Assembly (NCBI GenBank): GCA_044229975.1
Contig: JBGARZ010000006.1
Coordinates: 384,001-448,000 of the forward strand
Direction of reading: 5' to 3'
Length of the DNA: 64,000 bases
Source of the DNA: Polyangiales bacterium
Lineage (GTDB): Bacteria > Myxococcota_A > Polyangia > Polyangiales > Ga0077539
The notes below the pieces were generated by a model. The model had not been told where the DNA came from. It searched no databases and was given only the letters and a program-made list of their open reading frames with translations. This document shows positions 29,458-40,527 of this stretch, piece by piece. Both the position numbers and the translations under genes were made by a program. Within the stretch, counting starts at the first letter, position 1; each line of letters begins with the position of its first letter.

Positions 29458-30257
29458 ACGCCGGTCAGGGAGCCCTCCGCGTCGAGCGCGTGCGCGGCCG
29501 CAGCGTCGCCACCCGGTGCGTCGCCGCGAGCCCCCTGCGCTGGCTGCTCCCCGACAACCGCGGCCACGCGCTGTGGGCTTACACCACCTCGTATGGCGGC
29601 GGCATGGTCGACGGCGACGCGCTCTCCCTCGACGTCGACGTCGGCCCCGACACCTCGCTGCTCCTCGCCACGCAGGCCAGCACCAAGGTCTTTCGCGGAC
29701 CATCGGGATCACGGCAATCGCTCGCGTTGAAGGTCGGTGAGGGATCGCTCGCCGTCGTCGCGCCCGACCCGGTGGTCTGCTTCGCCGACGCTCGCTACGC
29801 CCAGCGCACCGACGTCGACCTCGGCGCTGGAGCGTCGCTCGTGCTGCTCGATACGCTGCACGCGGGTCGCGTCTCTCGCGGCGAGCGCTGGCAGTTTGCC
29901 CGCTACGCCAGCCGCCTCGACGTGCGTCGCGAAGGGCGCCTCGTGGTCACCGATCGGCAGCTCCTCGACCGCGACCACGGCCCCATCGCCGATCGCCTCC
30001 GCGGCTTCGACGCGCTCGCCAACCTCTGGCTCATCGGCGATCACGTCGCCTCGCACGCCGCTGCGCTCCTGCAACGACTCGCCCGCGTGAGCCCGGCGAC
30101 CCACGCCACCCGCGTCGAGTCCGTCACCGCCGTCGATGGAGGCGCGCTCGTGCGCGTGGCCGCCACCACCGCGGCCGAGGCGTTGGGCGTGATGCGTGGG
30201 CACCTCGGGTTCATGACGGAGGTGCTGGGGGACGATCCGTTTACACGGCGTTGGTGA
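29454..30257 (+). CDS. ureD: Urease accessory protein UreD
   Basis: [43 protein letters not shown]; lies next to the urease subunits. Confidence 0.92.
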
Positions 30258-30297
30258 AGCGGCGCGTCGGGATGCGCTAGACACGGCGCGTCAACCG

Positions 30298-30951
30298 ATG
30301 CACCTGACGCCGCGCGATCTCGACAAGCTGCTCCTGCATTCCGCTGGTTTTCTCGCGCAGAAGCGCCTCGCGCGCGGGGTGCGGCTCAACGCGCCGGAGG
30401 CCATCGCGCTGGTCGCGACGCAGTTGTTGGAGTTCATCCGCGACGGTCGCTCGGTGGCCGAGCTCATGGACCTCGGGCGCCAGATGCTGGGTCACGCCGA
30501 CGTGATGCCGGGCGTCGCCGACCTGCTCGACGAGGTTCAAGTCGAAGGAACCTTCCCGGATGGGACCAAGCTGGTGACCGTTCATCGGCCCATCGCGTCG
30601 GAGCGGGGTGATCTCGCGCTGGCGCTGTATGGGAGCTTCCTGCCGGTTCCGACGAGGGCGGAGGTCTCACCGGACATCACGTCAGTGAAGCCGGGTGAGG
30701 TGCTGGTGGCCGAAGGGGAGATCGAGCTCAACGTGGGGCGCGCGACGCTAACGGTAGAAGTGACCAATCACGGCGATCGTCCCATTCAAGTGGGGAGTCA
30801 CTTTCCCTTCGCGGAGACCAACCGGGCGTTGTCCTTTGACCGGGCGGCGGCGGCGGGGATGCGGCTGGATGTTCCGGCGGGGACGGCGGTGCGCTTCGAG
30901 CCGGGCGAGCAGCGATCGGTGCGCCTCGTGCGCGTGGGGGCGGTGGGATGA
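30298..30951 (+). CDS. ureAB: Urease gamma/beta fusion subunit
   Basis: [11 protein letters not shown]...[14 protein letters not shown] (gamma) joined to PGEV...[13 protein letters not shown]...[15 protein letters not shown] (beta). Confidence 0.96.
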   Translation: MHLTPRDLDKLLLHSAGFLAQKRLARGVRLNAPEAIALVATQLLEFIRDGRSVAELMDLGRQMLGHADVMPGVADLLDEVQVEGTFPDGTKLVTVHRPIASERGDLALALYGSFLPVPTRAEVSPDITSVKPGEVLVAEGEIELNVGRATLTVEVTNHGDRPIQVGSHFPFAETNRALSFDRAAAAGMRLDVPAGTAVRFEPGEQRSVRLVRVGAVG

Positions 30952-32663
30952 GCGTCTGGATTCCGCGGGCGAGCTACGCGGCGATGTTTGGTCCGACGAC
31001 GGGTGATCGGGTGCGGCTCGGCGACACCGGGCTCGTGGTGCAGGTCGAGCGCGACGAGACGACCTACGGCGACGAGTGCAAGTTCGGCGGCGGCAAGGTG
31101 CTGCGCGACCGGATGGGTCAGGCCGCGGGTGTGTCCGATGAAGACGCGCTCGATCTGGTCATCACCAACGCGCTCATCGTGGACTGGACGGGCATCTACA
31201 AAGCGGACATCGGCGTGAAGCGCGGGCGCATCGTCGGCATCGGCAAGGCGGGCAACCCCGCGGTGATGGCGGGCGTCACGCCGGGGATGATCGTGGGCGT
31301 GACCACCGAGGCGCTCGCGGCCGAGGGGCGCATCGTGACGGCGGGCGGCGTCGACACGCACATCCATTTCATCTGTCCGCAGCAGGCCGACGAGGCCATC
31401 GCGAGCGGCGTCACGACCATGGTCGGCGGCGGCACCGGCCCGATGACCGGAACCAACGCCACGACGTGTACGCCGGGCGTTCATCAGATGGGGTTGATGT
31501 TGAAGGCGACGGACGCGCTGCCGGTCAACATCGGGCTGACGGGCAAGGGGAACACGTCGGACCCCAAGGGCCTCGACGATCAGGTTCGGGCGGGCGCCAT
31601 CGGGCTGAAGCTGCACGAAGACTGGGGGACCACACCGGGAGCCATCGATTGTTGTCTCGCCTTTGCGGAGGGTGAGGACGTTCAGGTGACCATCCACACC
31701 GACACGCTCAACGAGTCGGGCTACGTGGACGATTCGATTGCAGCCTTCAAGGGAAGGACGATTCACACGTACCACTCGGAGGGAGCGGGCGGCGGGCATG
31801 CGCCGGACATCCTGCGGGTGTGCGGTGAGGCCAACGTCCTACCGAGCAGCACCAACCCGACGCGGCCGTTTACGGTGAACACCCTCGACGAGCATCTCGA
31901 CATGCTCATGGTGTGTCACCACCTCGATCGGCGGATTCCCGAGGACGTGGCCTTTGCGGAGAGTCGTATTCGCGCGGAGACCATCGCGGCAGAGGACATC
32001 CTCCACGACCTCGGCGCCATCAGCATGATGGCGAGCGACTCGCAGGCGATGGGGCGTGTGGGGGAGGTCATCACGCGGACATGGCAAACGGCCCACAAGA
32101 TGCGCGAGCAGCGCGGCCGGTTGTCCGAAGAGAACGGCGAAAACGACAACGCGCGGGTGAAGCGATACGTCGCGAAGTACACGATCAACCCGGCGGTAGC
32201 GCACGGGTTCGCGCACGAGGTGGGCTCGGTCGAGGTCGGCAAGCTGGCTGACCTGGTGTTGTGGAAGCCGGCGTACTTCGGCGTGCGACCGGAGCTGGTG
32301 TTGAAGAGCGGGTTCGTGGCGTGGGGGCAGATGGGTGATCCGGGCGCGTCGATTCCGACGCCGCAGCCGTCGTACATGCGGCCGATGTTCGGGGCGCTGG
32401 GTGGGGCGATCGGGGCGACGAGCCTCGCGCTGGTGTCGCAGCGGGCGTGGCGCGAGGGGACGACGGCGGGCCTCGGGTTGCGCAAGACGGTGACGGCGGT
32501 GAAGGGGTGCCGCGGATTGACCAAGCGGGACATGCGGCTCAACGACGCGCTGCCGCGCATCGAGGTCGACCCGGAGACCTACGAGGTGCGCGCGGACGGG
32601 GTGCTGCTGCGGTGTGAGCCGGCGACGGTGGTGGCGTTGGGCCAGCGGTATTCGTTGTTCTGA
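30948..32663 (+). CDS. ureC: Urease alpha (catalytic) subunit
   Basis: [50 protein letters not shown]. Confidence 0.98.
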   Translation: MSVWIPRASYAAMFGPTTGDRVRLGDTGLVVQVERDETTYGDECKFGGGKVLRDRMGQAAGVSDEDALDLVITNALIVDWTGIYKADIGVKRGRIVGIGKAGNPAVMAGVTPGMIVGVTTEALAAEGRIVTAGGVDTHIHFICPQQADEAIASGVTTMVGGGTGPMTGTNATTCTPGVHQMGLMLKATDALPVNIGLTGKGNTSDPKGLDDQVRAGAIGLKLHEDWGTTPGAIDCCLAFAEGEDVQVTIHTDTLNESGYVDDSIAAFKGRTIHTYHSEGAGGGHAPDILRVCGEANVLPSSTNPTRPFTVNTLDEHLDMLMVCHHLDRRIPEDVAFAESRIRAETIAAEDILHDLGAISMMASDSQAMGRVGEVITRTWQTAHKMREQRGRLSEENGENDNARVKRYVAKYTINPAVAHGFAHEVGSVEVGKLADLVLWKPAYFGVRPELVLKSGFVAWGQMGDPGASIPTPQPSYMRPMFGALGGAIGATSLALVSQRAWREGTTAGLGLRKTVTAVKGCRGLTKRDMRLNDALPRIEVDPETYEVRADGVLLRCEPATVVALGQRYSLF

Positions 32664-33346
32664 TGGATGGCGCGGGGACAGCGGGGGCGGCGCGATGGCG
32701 GGTGTGGCAGCTCGTGGACTCGGCGTTGCCGACAGGCGGGTTCGCGCACTCGGGCGGGCTCGAAGCGATGGCCCAGGCGGGGCTCGTAGCGGGTGGAGCG
32801 GGCGTGCGAAGGGCGCTCGATGAGGCGCTGTGGCAGGCGGGTCATGGGGTGTTGCCGTGGGTGCGCGCGGCGTGGATGGAGCCGGGCTCGGCGGGGAAGT
32901 TGGATGGGGAGTGCGAGGTGTTTCTGGTGAGCGCGGTGGCGCGGCGGGCGAGCCGGGCGCAGGGGCGGGCGCTGCTCGATGCGGGCGCGAAGATCTTCCC
33001 GACGGAGCTCGCGGCGCTGCGGCAACGGGCGCGCGAAGAGCGATGGGGGATGCACCTCGGGCCGATGGCGGGCGTGGCGTTGGGCGCGCTGGGGTTGGAG
33101 TGCGAAGAGGCGCAGGCGCTGGTGCTGCATTGGACGCTGCGGGGAGTGGCGTCGGCGGCGGTGCGGCTCGGGCTGGTGGGGCCGTTCGAGGCGCAGCGGA
33201 TGCAGGCCGAGGGCGCGGTGACGATGGCGAGAGTGCTGGCGGCGTGCGGCGGACTGACGACGGAGGAGGCCGCGCAGACGGCGCCGCTGGTGGAGGTCGC
33301 GGGCATGGGGCACGACGCGCTGTATTCGAGGTTGTTCCAGTCGTGA
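32663..33346 (+). CDS. ureF: Urease accessory protein UreF
   Basis: QLVDSALPTGGFAHSGGLE, SAAVRLG, C-terminal HDALYSRLFQS. Confidence 0.95.
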   Translation: MDGAGTAGAARWRVWQLVDSALPTGGFAHSGGLEAMAQAGLVAGGAGVRRALDEALWQAGHGVLPWVRAAWMEPGSAGKLDGECEVFLVSAVARRASRAQGRALLDAGAKIFPTELAALRQRAREERWGMHLGPMAGVALGALGLECEEAQALVLHWTLRGVASAAVRLGLVGPFEAQRMQAEGAVTMARVLAACGGLTTEEAAQTAPLVEVAGMGHDALYSRLFQS

Positions 33347-33388
33347 GCGAAGGGGCGATGGCTCACGTGAAGAGAGGCGATTGATTCC

Positions 33389-34135
33389 ATGCACGACGAC
33401 CACGACCACGACCACGACCACGATCACCCGCACGACCACGGGCACACCCACGAGCACTGGCATCACCCGGGGCGCTTCTCGGAACGCGAGGCGCCGCGCG
33501 ATCGGGACTACCGCGCGCGCTCGTTTACCGTCGGCATCGGCGGGCCCGTCGGTAGTGGGAAGACCGCGCTGCTGCTCGCGCTCTGCCGGGCGCTGCGCGA
33601 GAGGCACCACCTCGGGGTCGTGACCAACGACATCTTCACCGAAGAAGACGCGGAGTTTCTCACGCGCAACGAGGCGCTGCCGCCCGGTCAGATTCGCGCG
33701 GTGCAGACCGGCGGGTGTCCGCACGCGGCCATCCGCGAGGACATCTCGCCCAACCTCGCGGCGCTCGAACAGCTCATGGAGGACGTCGCCCCGGAGCTGC
33801 TCTTCGTCGAGAGCGGCGGCGACAACCTCGCCGCGCAGTACAGCCGCGAGCTCGTCGACTATACCGTCTACGTGATCGACGTGGCGGGGGGAGACAAGGT
33901 TCCGCGCAAGGGGGGACCGGGCATCACGCAGTCCGACCTGCTGGTCATCAACAAGACCGACCTCGCGCCGCACGTGGGCGCCGACCTCGCGGTGATGGCG
34001 CGCGACGCGAAGGCGATGCGCCATGACGGCCCGACGGTGTTCGCGCAGGTGACGAAGGGCGTCGGGCTCGACGACATCATCGCGAACATCATCACGGCGT
34101 GGCGCGCGACTCTGGTAGACCAGCCGGTGCGATGA
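33389..34135 (+). CDS. ureG: Urease accessory GTPase UreG with a His/Asp-rich N-terminus
   Basis: [38 protein letters not shown]-terminal [25 protein letters not shown]. Confidence 0.97.
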   Translation: MHDDHDHDHDHDHPHDHGHTHEHWHHPGRFSEREAPRDRDYRARSFTVGIGGPVGSGKTALLLALCRALRERHHLGVVTNDIFTEEDAEFLTRNEALPPGQIRAVQTGGCPHAAIREDISPNLAALEQLMEDVAPELLFVESGGDNLAAQYSRELVDYTVYVIDVAGGDKVPRKGGPGITQSDLLVINKTDLAPHVGADLAVMARDAKAMRHDGPTVFAQVTKGVGLDDIIANIITAWRATLVDQPVR

Positions 34136-35457
34136 AGCACAGCGCCGGGTTCGTGTGTTTTGCGGGGTGTGGCGAGCGCTACGCCCTCGACGAGGTGGTC
34201 TACCGTTGCCGCGCGTGCGGGGCGCTGCTCGACGTGGAGCACGACGTCGAGGCGCTGAGAGACCGCAGCGCGGCGGCGTGGATGACCACCTTCGAGCGGC
34301 GCTGGATGCGCACCGAGTGGCCCTTCGGGTCGGGCGTGTGGGGCAAGCGCGAGTGGGTCTATCCGGGCATCGCGGACGAGAGCGTCGTGAGCTTCGCCGA
34401 GGGCGGGTCGAACCTCCTGTGGGCCGAGCGATACGGTCGCTCCATCGGGCTCAAGGACCTGTGGGTGAAGCAGTGCGGCAACTCGCACACCGGGTCGTTC
34501 AAGGACCTCGGGATGACCGTGCTGGTCTCAGCGGTGCGCGAGATGATCCGTCGGGGACGGAGCGTTCGGGCGGTGGCGTGCGCGAGCACGGGTGACACGT
34601 CGGCGGCGTTGTCGGCGTACTGCGCGGCGGCGGAGATTCCGGCGCTGGTGCTGTTGCCGAAGGACAAGGTGTCCATCGCGCAGTTGCTCCAACCGTTGGC
34701 CAATGGGGCGATGGTGTTCTCGCTGGATACGGACTTCGATGGCTGCATGAAGGTGGTGCAGGCGCTCACCGACGACGGGTCGATCTACCTGGCCAACTCG
34801 ATGAACAGCCTGCGCATCGAGGGGCAGAAGACCGTCTCCATCGAGATCGTGCAGCAGTTCGATTGGGAGGTTCCGGATTGGATCGTCGTTCCGGGTGGCA
34901 ACCTCGGCAACGTGTATGCGCTGGGCAAGGGGCTGCTGTTGATGCGGGATCTCGGGCTCATCTCGCGGCTGCCGCGGCTGTGCGTGGCGCAGGCCGAGCG
35001 GGCCAACCCGCTGTACCGGGCCTACGTCGCGGGCTTCGAGAAGTACGAGCCGATCACGGCCTCGCGGACGTCGGCGAGCGCGATCCAGATCGGCGCGCCG
35101 GTGAGCATCGACCGCGCGGTGAAGACGCTGCGCGCGACCAACGGGGTGGTCGAGCAGGCGACGGAGGACGAGCTCGCGGACGCCGCGGCGCGGGCCGATC
35201 GCACGGGGATGTACAACTGCCCGCACACGGCGGTGGCACTGGCCGCGGTGGAGAAGCTGGTGAAGGTGGGGACCATCGCGCCGGACGAGCGCGTGGTAGT
35301 GGTAAGCACGGCGCACGGGCTGAAGTTCACCGAGTTCAAGCGGGCGTACCATGCGGGCGCGCTGGAGGGCGTGACGTCGCGGCATGGCAACGTGCCGATT
35401 GAGTTGCCACCGGACGTGGACGCGGTGCGACGGGCGATCGACGCGCGGATGGGGTGA
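34132..35457 (+). CDS. thrC: Threonine synthase (plant-like subtype)
   Basis: [59 protein letters not shown]-coupled to ureG. Confidence 0.94.
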   Translation: MKHSAGFVCFAGCGERYALDEVVYRCRACGALLDVEHDVEALRDRSAAAWMTTFERRWMRTEWPFGSGVWGKREWVYPGIADESVVSFAEGGSNLLWAERYGRSIGLKDLWVKQCGNSHTGSFKDLGMTVLVSAVREMIRRGRSVRAVACASTGDTSAALSAYCAAAEIPALVLLPKDKVSIAQLLQPLANGAMVFSLDTDFDGCMKVVQALTDDGSIYLANSMNSLRIEGQKTVSIEIVQQFDWEVPDWIVVPGGNLGNVYALGKGLLLMRDLGLISRLPRLCVAQAERANPLYRAYVAGFEKYEPITASRTSASAIQIGAPVSIDRAVKTLRATNGVVEQATEDELADAAARADRTGMYNCPHTAVALAAVEKLVKVGTIAPDERVVVVSTAHGLKFTEFKRAYHAGALEGVTSRHGNVPIELPPDVDAVRRAIDARMG

Positions 35458-35464
35458 GTCGCCG

Positions 35465-36652
35465 TCACGGCCCCGTGAGCGTCGCGGCCTCGTCGCGCAG
35501 CGTCTCGAAGCGCGCCATCTGCACCAGCGCCACCACGTCGCCGCCGCGCACCGCGAGGTCTCTCCCGCGCCGCGACCGCGCCGCCAGCCGTCCCAATGCC
35601 AACGAGAGCTGCGACGTCACCCGCGCCCTGCCCTCCTCGTCGAGCGCCGCCCCGCTGCCGCGCAGCCGTGTGATCGCCGCGTTGATGTCCGCCACGTCCG
35701 CGGCCCCACCCCGCGAGAGAACCCCGATGGCCGCCACGTGCGGAGGCCGCGGCGCGAGCGACCACCGCACCAACGCCGGCAGTGGACCCACGAGCACCCT
35801 GGGCGTCGGCGTCACGGCTATGCCCAGCGGGCTGAACAACACCCGCTCGCCCGCATGCAGCGCTCCACTCGCGACAGGCCGCAGCACCGCGTCGAGCTCG
35901 CGAATCTCCACGTCGAGCAGCACCGGGTGGTCGGGTGTCTGCCGACGGAGCTCGGCGATCTGCGCGGGCGTGAGTCGCGTGACCCGCGCGGGAGGCGACG
36001 GAGGCGACGGCCACACCGTCACGCCAGCGCCCTCGGCTGCGACGAAGGTGCTCCCGTCGTCGGCGACGGCGAGGGTGCAGCGCGTTCCGCTCACGATCAC
36101 GCGGCCCGATGGTGTGTCGACGCGGAGCGAGTCGGACGTGAGCGCCGGGACGTCGACCACCGCCACGCCGCGGCTCAACACCAGCGACGCGCCCGCGTGC
36201 CCGGAGCCCTCGACGAGGCCGCCGCCGTGCAGCACGAAGCGCCCGCCCGGCTGGACGGCCAGCGTCGTCTCGCCCGTGCTTCCGACCATCAGCGCGTCGC
36301 CGGGGTAGAGCGATTGACCGACGTTGGCGGAGGCTGTCCCCGCGTCGCTCTCGCCGGTGTCGCGAGGGCGCTCGACCTGCCCGGCGGCGTCGCGTCGGGG
36401 GAGGCGCAGCGACGTGTCGACGGTGGCACCGCCGCCCGTCAGCGCGACCACGGTCACCTGCGCGCCGGCCGGTCGCACGGGCGGCGCCACGGGTGCCGGA
36501 CCAGCATCGGGAACGGGCACCAGATCGACGTGACCGACCGCGGGCCCGACGTCGAGCGTGCGGACGTCGACGCGGCGGGCGCCGTTGTCGCGAGGGGCGT
36601 TGCGCGGCGAGCACCCGAACGCGAGCAACAGCATCAGGAGGGGGCGTCGCAT
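35465..36652 (-). CDS. FecR-domain lipoprotein
   Basis: Lipobox LAFGC; LYPGDALMVG, LSRG, VDTPSGRVIVSGT FecR-like strands. Confidence 0.65.
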   Translation of the reverse strand: MRRPLLMLLLAFGCSPRNAPRDNGARRVDVRTLDVGPAVGHVDLVPVPDAGPAPVAPPVRPAGAQVTVVALTGGGATVDTSLRLPRRDAAGQVERPRDTGESDAGTASANVGQSLYPGDALMVGSTGETTLAVQPGGRFVLHGGGLVEGSGHAGASLVLSRGVAVVDVPALTSDSLRVDTPSGRVIVSGTRCTLAVADDGSTFVAAEGAGVTVWPSPPSPPARVTRLTPAQIAELRRQTPDHPVLLDVEIRELDAVLRPVASGALHAGERVLFSPLGIAVTPTPRVLVGPLPALVRWSLAPRPPHVAAIGVLSRGGAADVADINAAITRLRGSGAALDEEGRARVTSQLSLALGRLAARSRRGRDLAVRGGDVVALVQMARFETLRDEAATLTGP

Positions 36653-36766
36653 GAGGGCAGTCGGTCCTTCCGTGGGGGGCGCCGGAGAGGTACCGCGGCG
36701 CGCGTGACAACGTCGAGCAACCGGCGGGTAGCGCGTCCCGAGTTGGGATACCCTCGCGGGCCTACG

Positions 36767-37756
36767 ATGCGCCTCGCACCCTGCCTCGCCCTCCTCCTCG
36801 TCGCTCCCGCCGTCGCCGCGCAGCAGCAGCCTTCCACCGGCGGCGACGTCAACTCCGCCGCCGCAGCTTTTCAGGAAGGCCAGCGGCTCCAGCTCGCCCG
36901 CGAGTACGCCCGCGCGGCGGAGTTTTTCGAGATCGCCGATCACTCCGCGCCGTCGGCCGCGGCGCTTCGTAGCGCCATCCGCAGCCACCAGGCCGCCAAC
37001 CACCTCGCCCGCGCGGCCACCCTCGCCCTCATCGCCCGCGCCCGCGACGCGGCCGACCCCCAGAGCGCGCAGCTCGCGACGAGCGTTCTCACCGAGACCG
37101 CGCCGCGCCTCTCGCGGGTGCACGTCACCTGCTCGCCCGCGTGCACCATCACCGTCGATCGCCTCGCGGCGAGCGGAGACGCCGCCGAGTCGCACACGTT
37201 CTTCGTCGAGCCCGGCGCCCGCAACCTGGAGACCCGCTGGGCCAACCGCGGGACACGCTCCCGCCCGCTCGAATGCACCGCGGGCCAGAGCATCGAGCTC
37301 TCCCTCGACGCGCCGCCGCCCGAGGTCACTCCGCCCGTCACCCCGCCCGCCCCGGTGGTCGTCCCGCCCCCCATCGTCGTGGTCGCGCCGCCACCACCAC
37401 CGCCCGTCGCGCAGCCCGCCCGGCGACCGCTGCCGCCGGTGGTGTTCTGGGTCGGACTCGCCGCCACCGCCGTCACGGGCGGCGTGCTCATCTGGTCGCA
37501 CCTCGACACGCTCTCGGCGCGCGATGCGTACGTCCTGCGTCCGACCGAGGCGGGCTACAACGACGGGGTCTCGCGGCAGACGCGCAGCACCGCGCTCGTC
37601 GCGACCACCGCCGTCCTGGGCGTCGCGACCGCGGTGGTCGGGGTGTTCTTCACGGAATGGTCGGGGTCGACCAGCCGGGAGCGGGCCCTGCGCGTCGTCC
37701 CGTCGCTCGGGCTCGGGAATGGTGGGATGCAGATCGGGATGATAGGGTCGTTCTAG
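36767..37756 (+). CDS. Exported TPR/PEGA-like protein with Pro-rich linker and hydrophobic C-terminal module
   Basis: Signal peptide; AAAFQEGQRL...AAEFFE TPR-like helices; beta domain TITVD...VEPGAR; two hydrophobic helices; ends GMIGSF. Confidence 0.75.
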   Translation: MRLAPCLALLLVAPAVAAQQQPSTGGDVNSAAAAFQEGQRLQLAREYARAAEFFEIADHSAPSAAALRSAIRSHQAANHLARAATLALIARARDAADPQSAQLATSVLTETAPRLSRVHVTCSPACTITVDRLAASGDAAESHTFFVEPGARNLETRWANRGTRSRPLECTAGQSIELSLDAPPPEVTPPVTPPAPVVVPPPIVVVAPPPPPPVAQPARRPLPPVVFWVGLAATAVTGGVLIWSHLDTLSARDAYVLRPTEAGYNDGVSRQTRSTALVATTAVLGVATAVVGVFFTEWSGSTSRERALRVVPSLGLGNGGMQIGMIGSF

Positions 37757-37770
37757 AGGGCCCTTCCGCC

Positions 37771-39342
37771 ATGAGCCAAGCCACCATGACTCCCGATCGG
37801 GAGATGCTCGATCGCTACGAGCTCATCGCTCCCATCGCGCGCGGCGGCATGGGCAGCGTGCACCTCGCGCGGCTGCCCGGCGCGGGCGGCTTCCAGCGCC
37901 TCTACGCCATCAAGGTGATGCACCCGCACCTCGCGGAGGAGACCGAGTTCGTCGGCATGCTCCTCGACGAGGCGCGCATCGCGGCGCGCATCCACCACCC
38001 CAACGCGGTGCCCATCGTCGACGTGTGCCACAGCCCGCGCGGCTTCTACCTCGTCATGGACTACATCGACGGGGTCAACCTCGCGAAGATGCTCACGGCG
38101 ACGGCGACGCTCCCGTGGCGCGCCCGCACCCGCGCCGCCATCCGCATCATCCTCGACGCGCTCGCCGGCCTGCACGCCGCGCACGAGCTCACCGACGACG
38201 AGGCCACCGCCCTCGGCATCGTCCACCGCGACGTCTCCCCGCAGAACATCATGGTCGGCTCCGACGGCGTCGGCCGCATCACCGACTTCGGCGTCGCCCT
38301 CGCGGCCTCGCGCATCATCGCGTCGCGCCCGGGGCTCATCAAGGGCAAGCCCTCGTACATGTCCCCGGAGCAGATCTCGGCGGCGGCGGTCGACCGTCGG
38401 GCCGACCTCTTCGCCATGGGCATCGTGCTGTGGGAGGCGCTCACCAGCGGCCGCCTCTTCCACGCGGAGATGGAGGTCGGCGCGCTCATGCAGGTCATGG
38501 CCGCGGAGATCAAGGCACCGAGCTCGGTCGTGCCCGACGTGCCCGCGTCCATCGACGCCGTGTGCATGAAGGCCCTCCAACGGCCGGTGGAAAACCGCTG
38601 GCAGACCGCTCGCGCGATGGCCGAGGCGCTCGAAGCCGCCGCCGTCGCGGCCGACCTCCTGGCGCCCGCTCATGAAGTGGCCGACGTGCTGCGCGCGGCC
38701 TTCGTCGAGGAGTTCGCCGCTCGCAAGGCGCTCATCCGCGACCACGCGCGCGGCACCTCCGTCTCGGCGCCGCGCGGCCGTCTCAGCCAGGCTGACATCC
38801 TCGGCACCAGCCCCACGGCGATGGTCATCACGCCGGCGCGCATCAGCGACAGCAAGAGCATCCCCGCCATCGAGGTCGCCTCCAACGGCCGCGGTATGCG
38901 CTCGCCTGTTCCGCCCGATGGGCGCTCGTCGACCGAGTCGCAGGTGACGGCCCGCCCGCGGCCCGCGTGGGTCGTCCCGATGGTCGTCGGCGCCGTGGCG
39001 CTGCTCACGGTGGGCGCGGGCCTCGCGCTGCACAAGGCACCGCAGGCCCCGTCGCCCAACGTGCACGCCGCCGCGACCGCGCCGCGCCCGGAGCCACCCG
39101 TGACGCCGCCGCCACCCGTCGTGGTCGCAGCGCCTCCGGTGGTGGTCGCTGCTCCCGCGGTGGTGCCCGTGGTCGACGCGTCGGTGGTCGCTCCGATCGT
39201 GGCTCCCGCGGCGCTCATCGCGTCGCCGCGACCGTCGCCGCACCCGCGCCGACCCGACCGCAACCCGACCGGTTCCACGCACTCGCCGTCGACCCCCTCG
39301 ACGCACCCTTCGATCGAAGAAAACCCCTACCTCCGCCGATGA
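37771..39342 (+). CDS. Membrane Ser/Thr protein kinase (Hanks type)
   Basis: ARGGMG, AIK, HRDVSPQN, DFG, YMSPE, DLFAMG; one TM; Pro-rich tail ending ENPYLRR. Confidence 0.95.
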   Translation: MSQATMTPDREMLDRYELIAPIARGGMGSVHLARLPGAGGFQRLYAIKVMHPHLAEETEFVGMLLDEARIAARIHHPNAVPIVDVCHSPRGFYLVMDYIDGVNLAKMLTATATLPWRARTRAAIRIILDALAGLHAAHELTDDEATALGIVHRDVSPQNIMVGSDGVGRITDFGVALAASRIIASRPGLIKGKPSYMSPEQISAAAVDRRADLFAMGIVLWEALTSGRLFHAEMEVGALMQVMAAEIKAPSSVVPDVPASIDAVCMKALQRPVENRWQTARAMAEALEAAAVAADLLAPAHEVADVLRAAFVEEFAARKALIRDHARGTSVSAPRGRLSQADILGTSPTAMVITPARISDSKSIPAIEVASNGRGMRSPVPPDGRSSTESQVTARPRPAWVVPMVVGAVALLTVGAGLALHKAPQAPSPNVHAAATAPRPEPPVTPPPPVVVAAPPVVVAAPAVVPVVDASVVAPIVAPAALIASPRPSPHPRRPDRNPTGSTHSPSTPSTHPSIEENPYLRR

Positions 39343-40391
39343 ACACCCTTCGACGCTTCCACACCGCGCTGCTCGGGGCGCTGTCCCTCGGCGGCTGCGT
39401 GGCGTTTGACCCCGCGCTCTACCAGCAGAACTCCTCGGGCGTGACGCTCGCCGACCGGTGCGAGGCGATGGCGAGCGTTCCGGTCATCCAGCCCGAGCTG
39501 TCGCGCATCGTGCAGGTCGACACCACCCGCCTCGCCGACCAGTACCACGAGTTTGCGAGCTGCACGGGCGGCGCCGATCTGCCGGGCAACGAGGGCTTCT
39601 TCGCGGTCAACATGCGCGTCGGCGAGACGTGGCACTTCCACATCGACGTCGACCCGGCGAACCCCAACGCCGACCCGGCGGTCTACGTGCTGCCCAACTG
39701 CAACACGCAGTCGTGCGTGCCGACGTCGTCGTCGGACGTGTGCGGCGCGGGCCGCAGCGAGCACTTCTCCTTCCGCCCGGTGACCGACGGCGTGCAGCTC
39801 ATCGGCATCGACAGCAAGGTGGCCGGCGGCGCGGTCTACAACGTCACGGTGGTGCACCCGTCGTGTGGCAACGGGTTGCTCGAACACGGCGAGCCCTGCG
39901 ACGACATGCGCCCGCAGGCGGGCGTGACCTGCGAGCAATGCCACAAGGTGCTGACCACGTCGGGCGACACGGAGGTCGGCGTCGCCAACGACGACTACGT
40001 CAACGCGATGGTGGTGCGGCCCGCGAGCGGCGGTCTGGCAGACTTCCCGGTGGTCGGGTCGCTGGCGGCCTGTGACACGGACATGTTCAACTTCGACGCG
40101 CCCGCCAACGCGGCCATCACCGCCACGCTGTCGCCCAACAACGGGGCGGCCCGGTGCCCGGACAACGTCTCGCTCACGCTGCTGCGCTCGCCCGCGGTGA
40201 CGGCGCCCGCGCTCACGCAGGCACCCGCGGCGGCGCCCGGAGCGACGACGATGATGGGCGCCGACGGCTGCCCGACGGTGACGCTGCCGAGCGCGGCGGC
40301 GGGGTCGACGTGGTTCCTCCAGGTGACGATCCGACCGTCGCCGACGATGGAGTTTCCGTACAGGCTGACGATCAACGCGCCGACGCCGTAG
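39339..40391 (+). CDS. Cys-containing lipoprotein with a myxobacterial Cys-rich repeat
   Basis: Lipobox LGGC; CGNGLLEHGEPCDD repeat; beta-sandwich-like flanks; ATGA-coupled to the kinase. Confidence 0.8.
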   Translation: MNTLRRFHTALLGALSLGGCVAFDPALYQQNSSGVTLADRCEAMASVPVIQPELSRIVQVDTTRLADQYHEFASCTGGADLPGNEGFFAVNMRVGETWHFHIDVDPANPNADPAVYVLPNCNTQSCVPTSSSDVCGAGRSEHFSFRPVTDGVQLIGIDSKVAGGAVYNVTVVHPSCGNGLLEHGEPCDDMRPQAGVTCEQCHKVLTTSGDTEVGVANDDYVNAMVVRPASGGLADFPVVGSLAACDTDMFNFDAPANAAITATLSPNNGAARCPDNVSLTLLRSPAVTAPALTQAPAAAPGATTMMGADGCPTVTLPSAAAGSTWFLQVTIRPSPTMEFPYRLTINAPTP

Positions 40392-40399
40392 CGGGCGAA

Positions 40400-40527
40400 T
40401 CAGGCATCGGTGGAGAAGACGGTGGAGGCGGTGACCGCGCGGGTGATCCAGCGGTCTAGCGGGGCGTTGTCGGCGCAGTCGACGATGCGAGCGCGGGCGG
40501 GAGCGTCGAGGCGCAGGTGACCGAGGG
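40400..40527 (-). pseudogene. Remnant resembling the C-terminal helical domain of Rpn-type proteins
   Basis: Intergenic frame reads LRLDAPARARIVDCADNAPLDRWITRAVTASTVF-STDA-stop, with no ATG/GTG start ahead of the motif. Similarity judged from memory of the family. Confidence 0.55.

Noticed and set aside
35384..37501. Long overlapping 790-aa and 678-aa ORFs on opposite strands
   Set aside because: Each is a real gene plus a stop-free antisense extension, as expected at very high GC.
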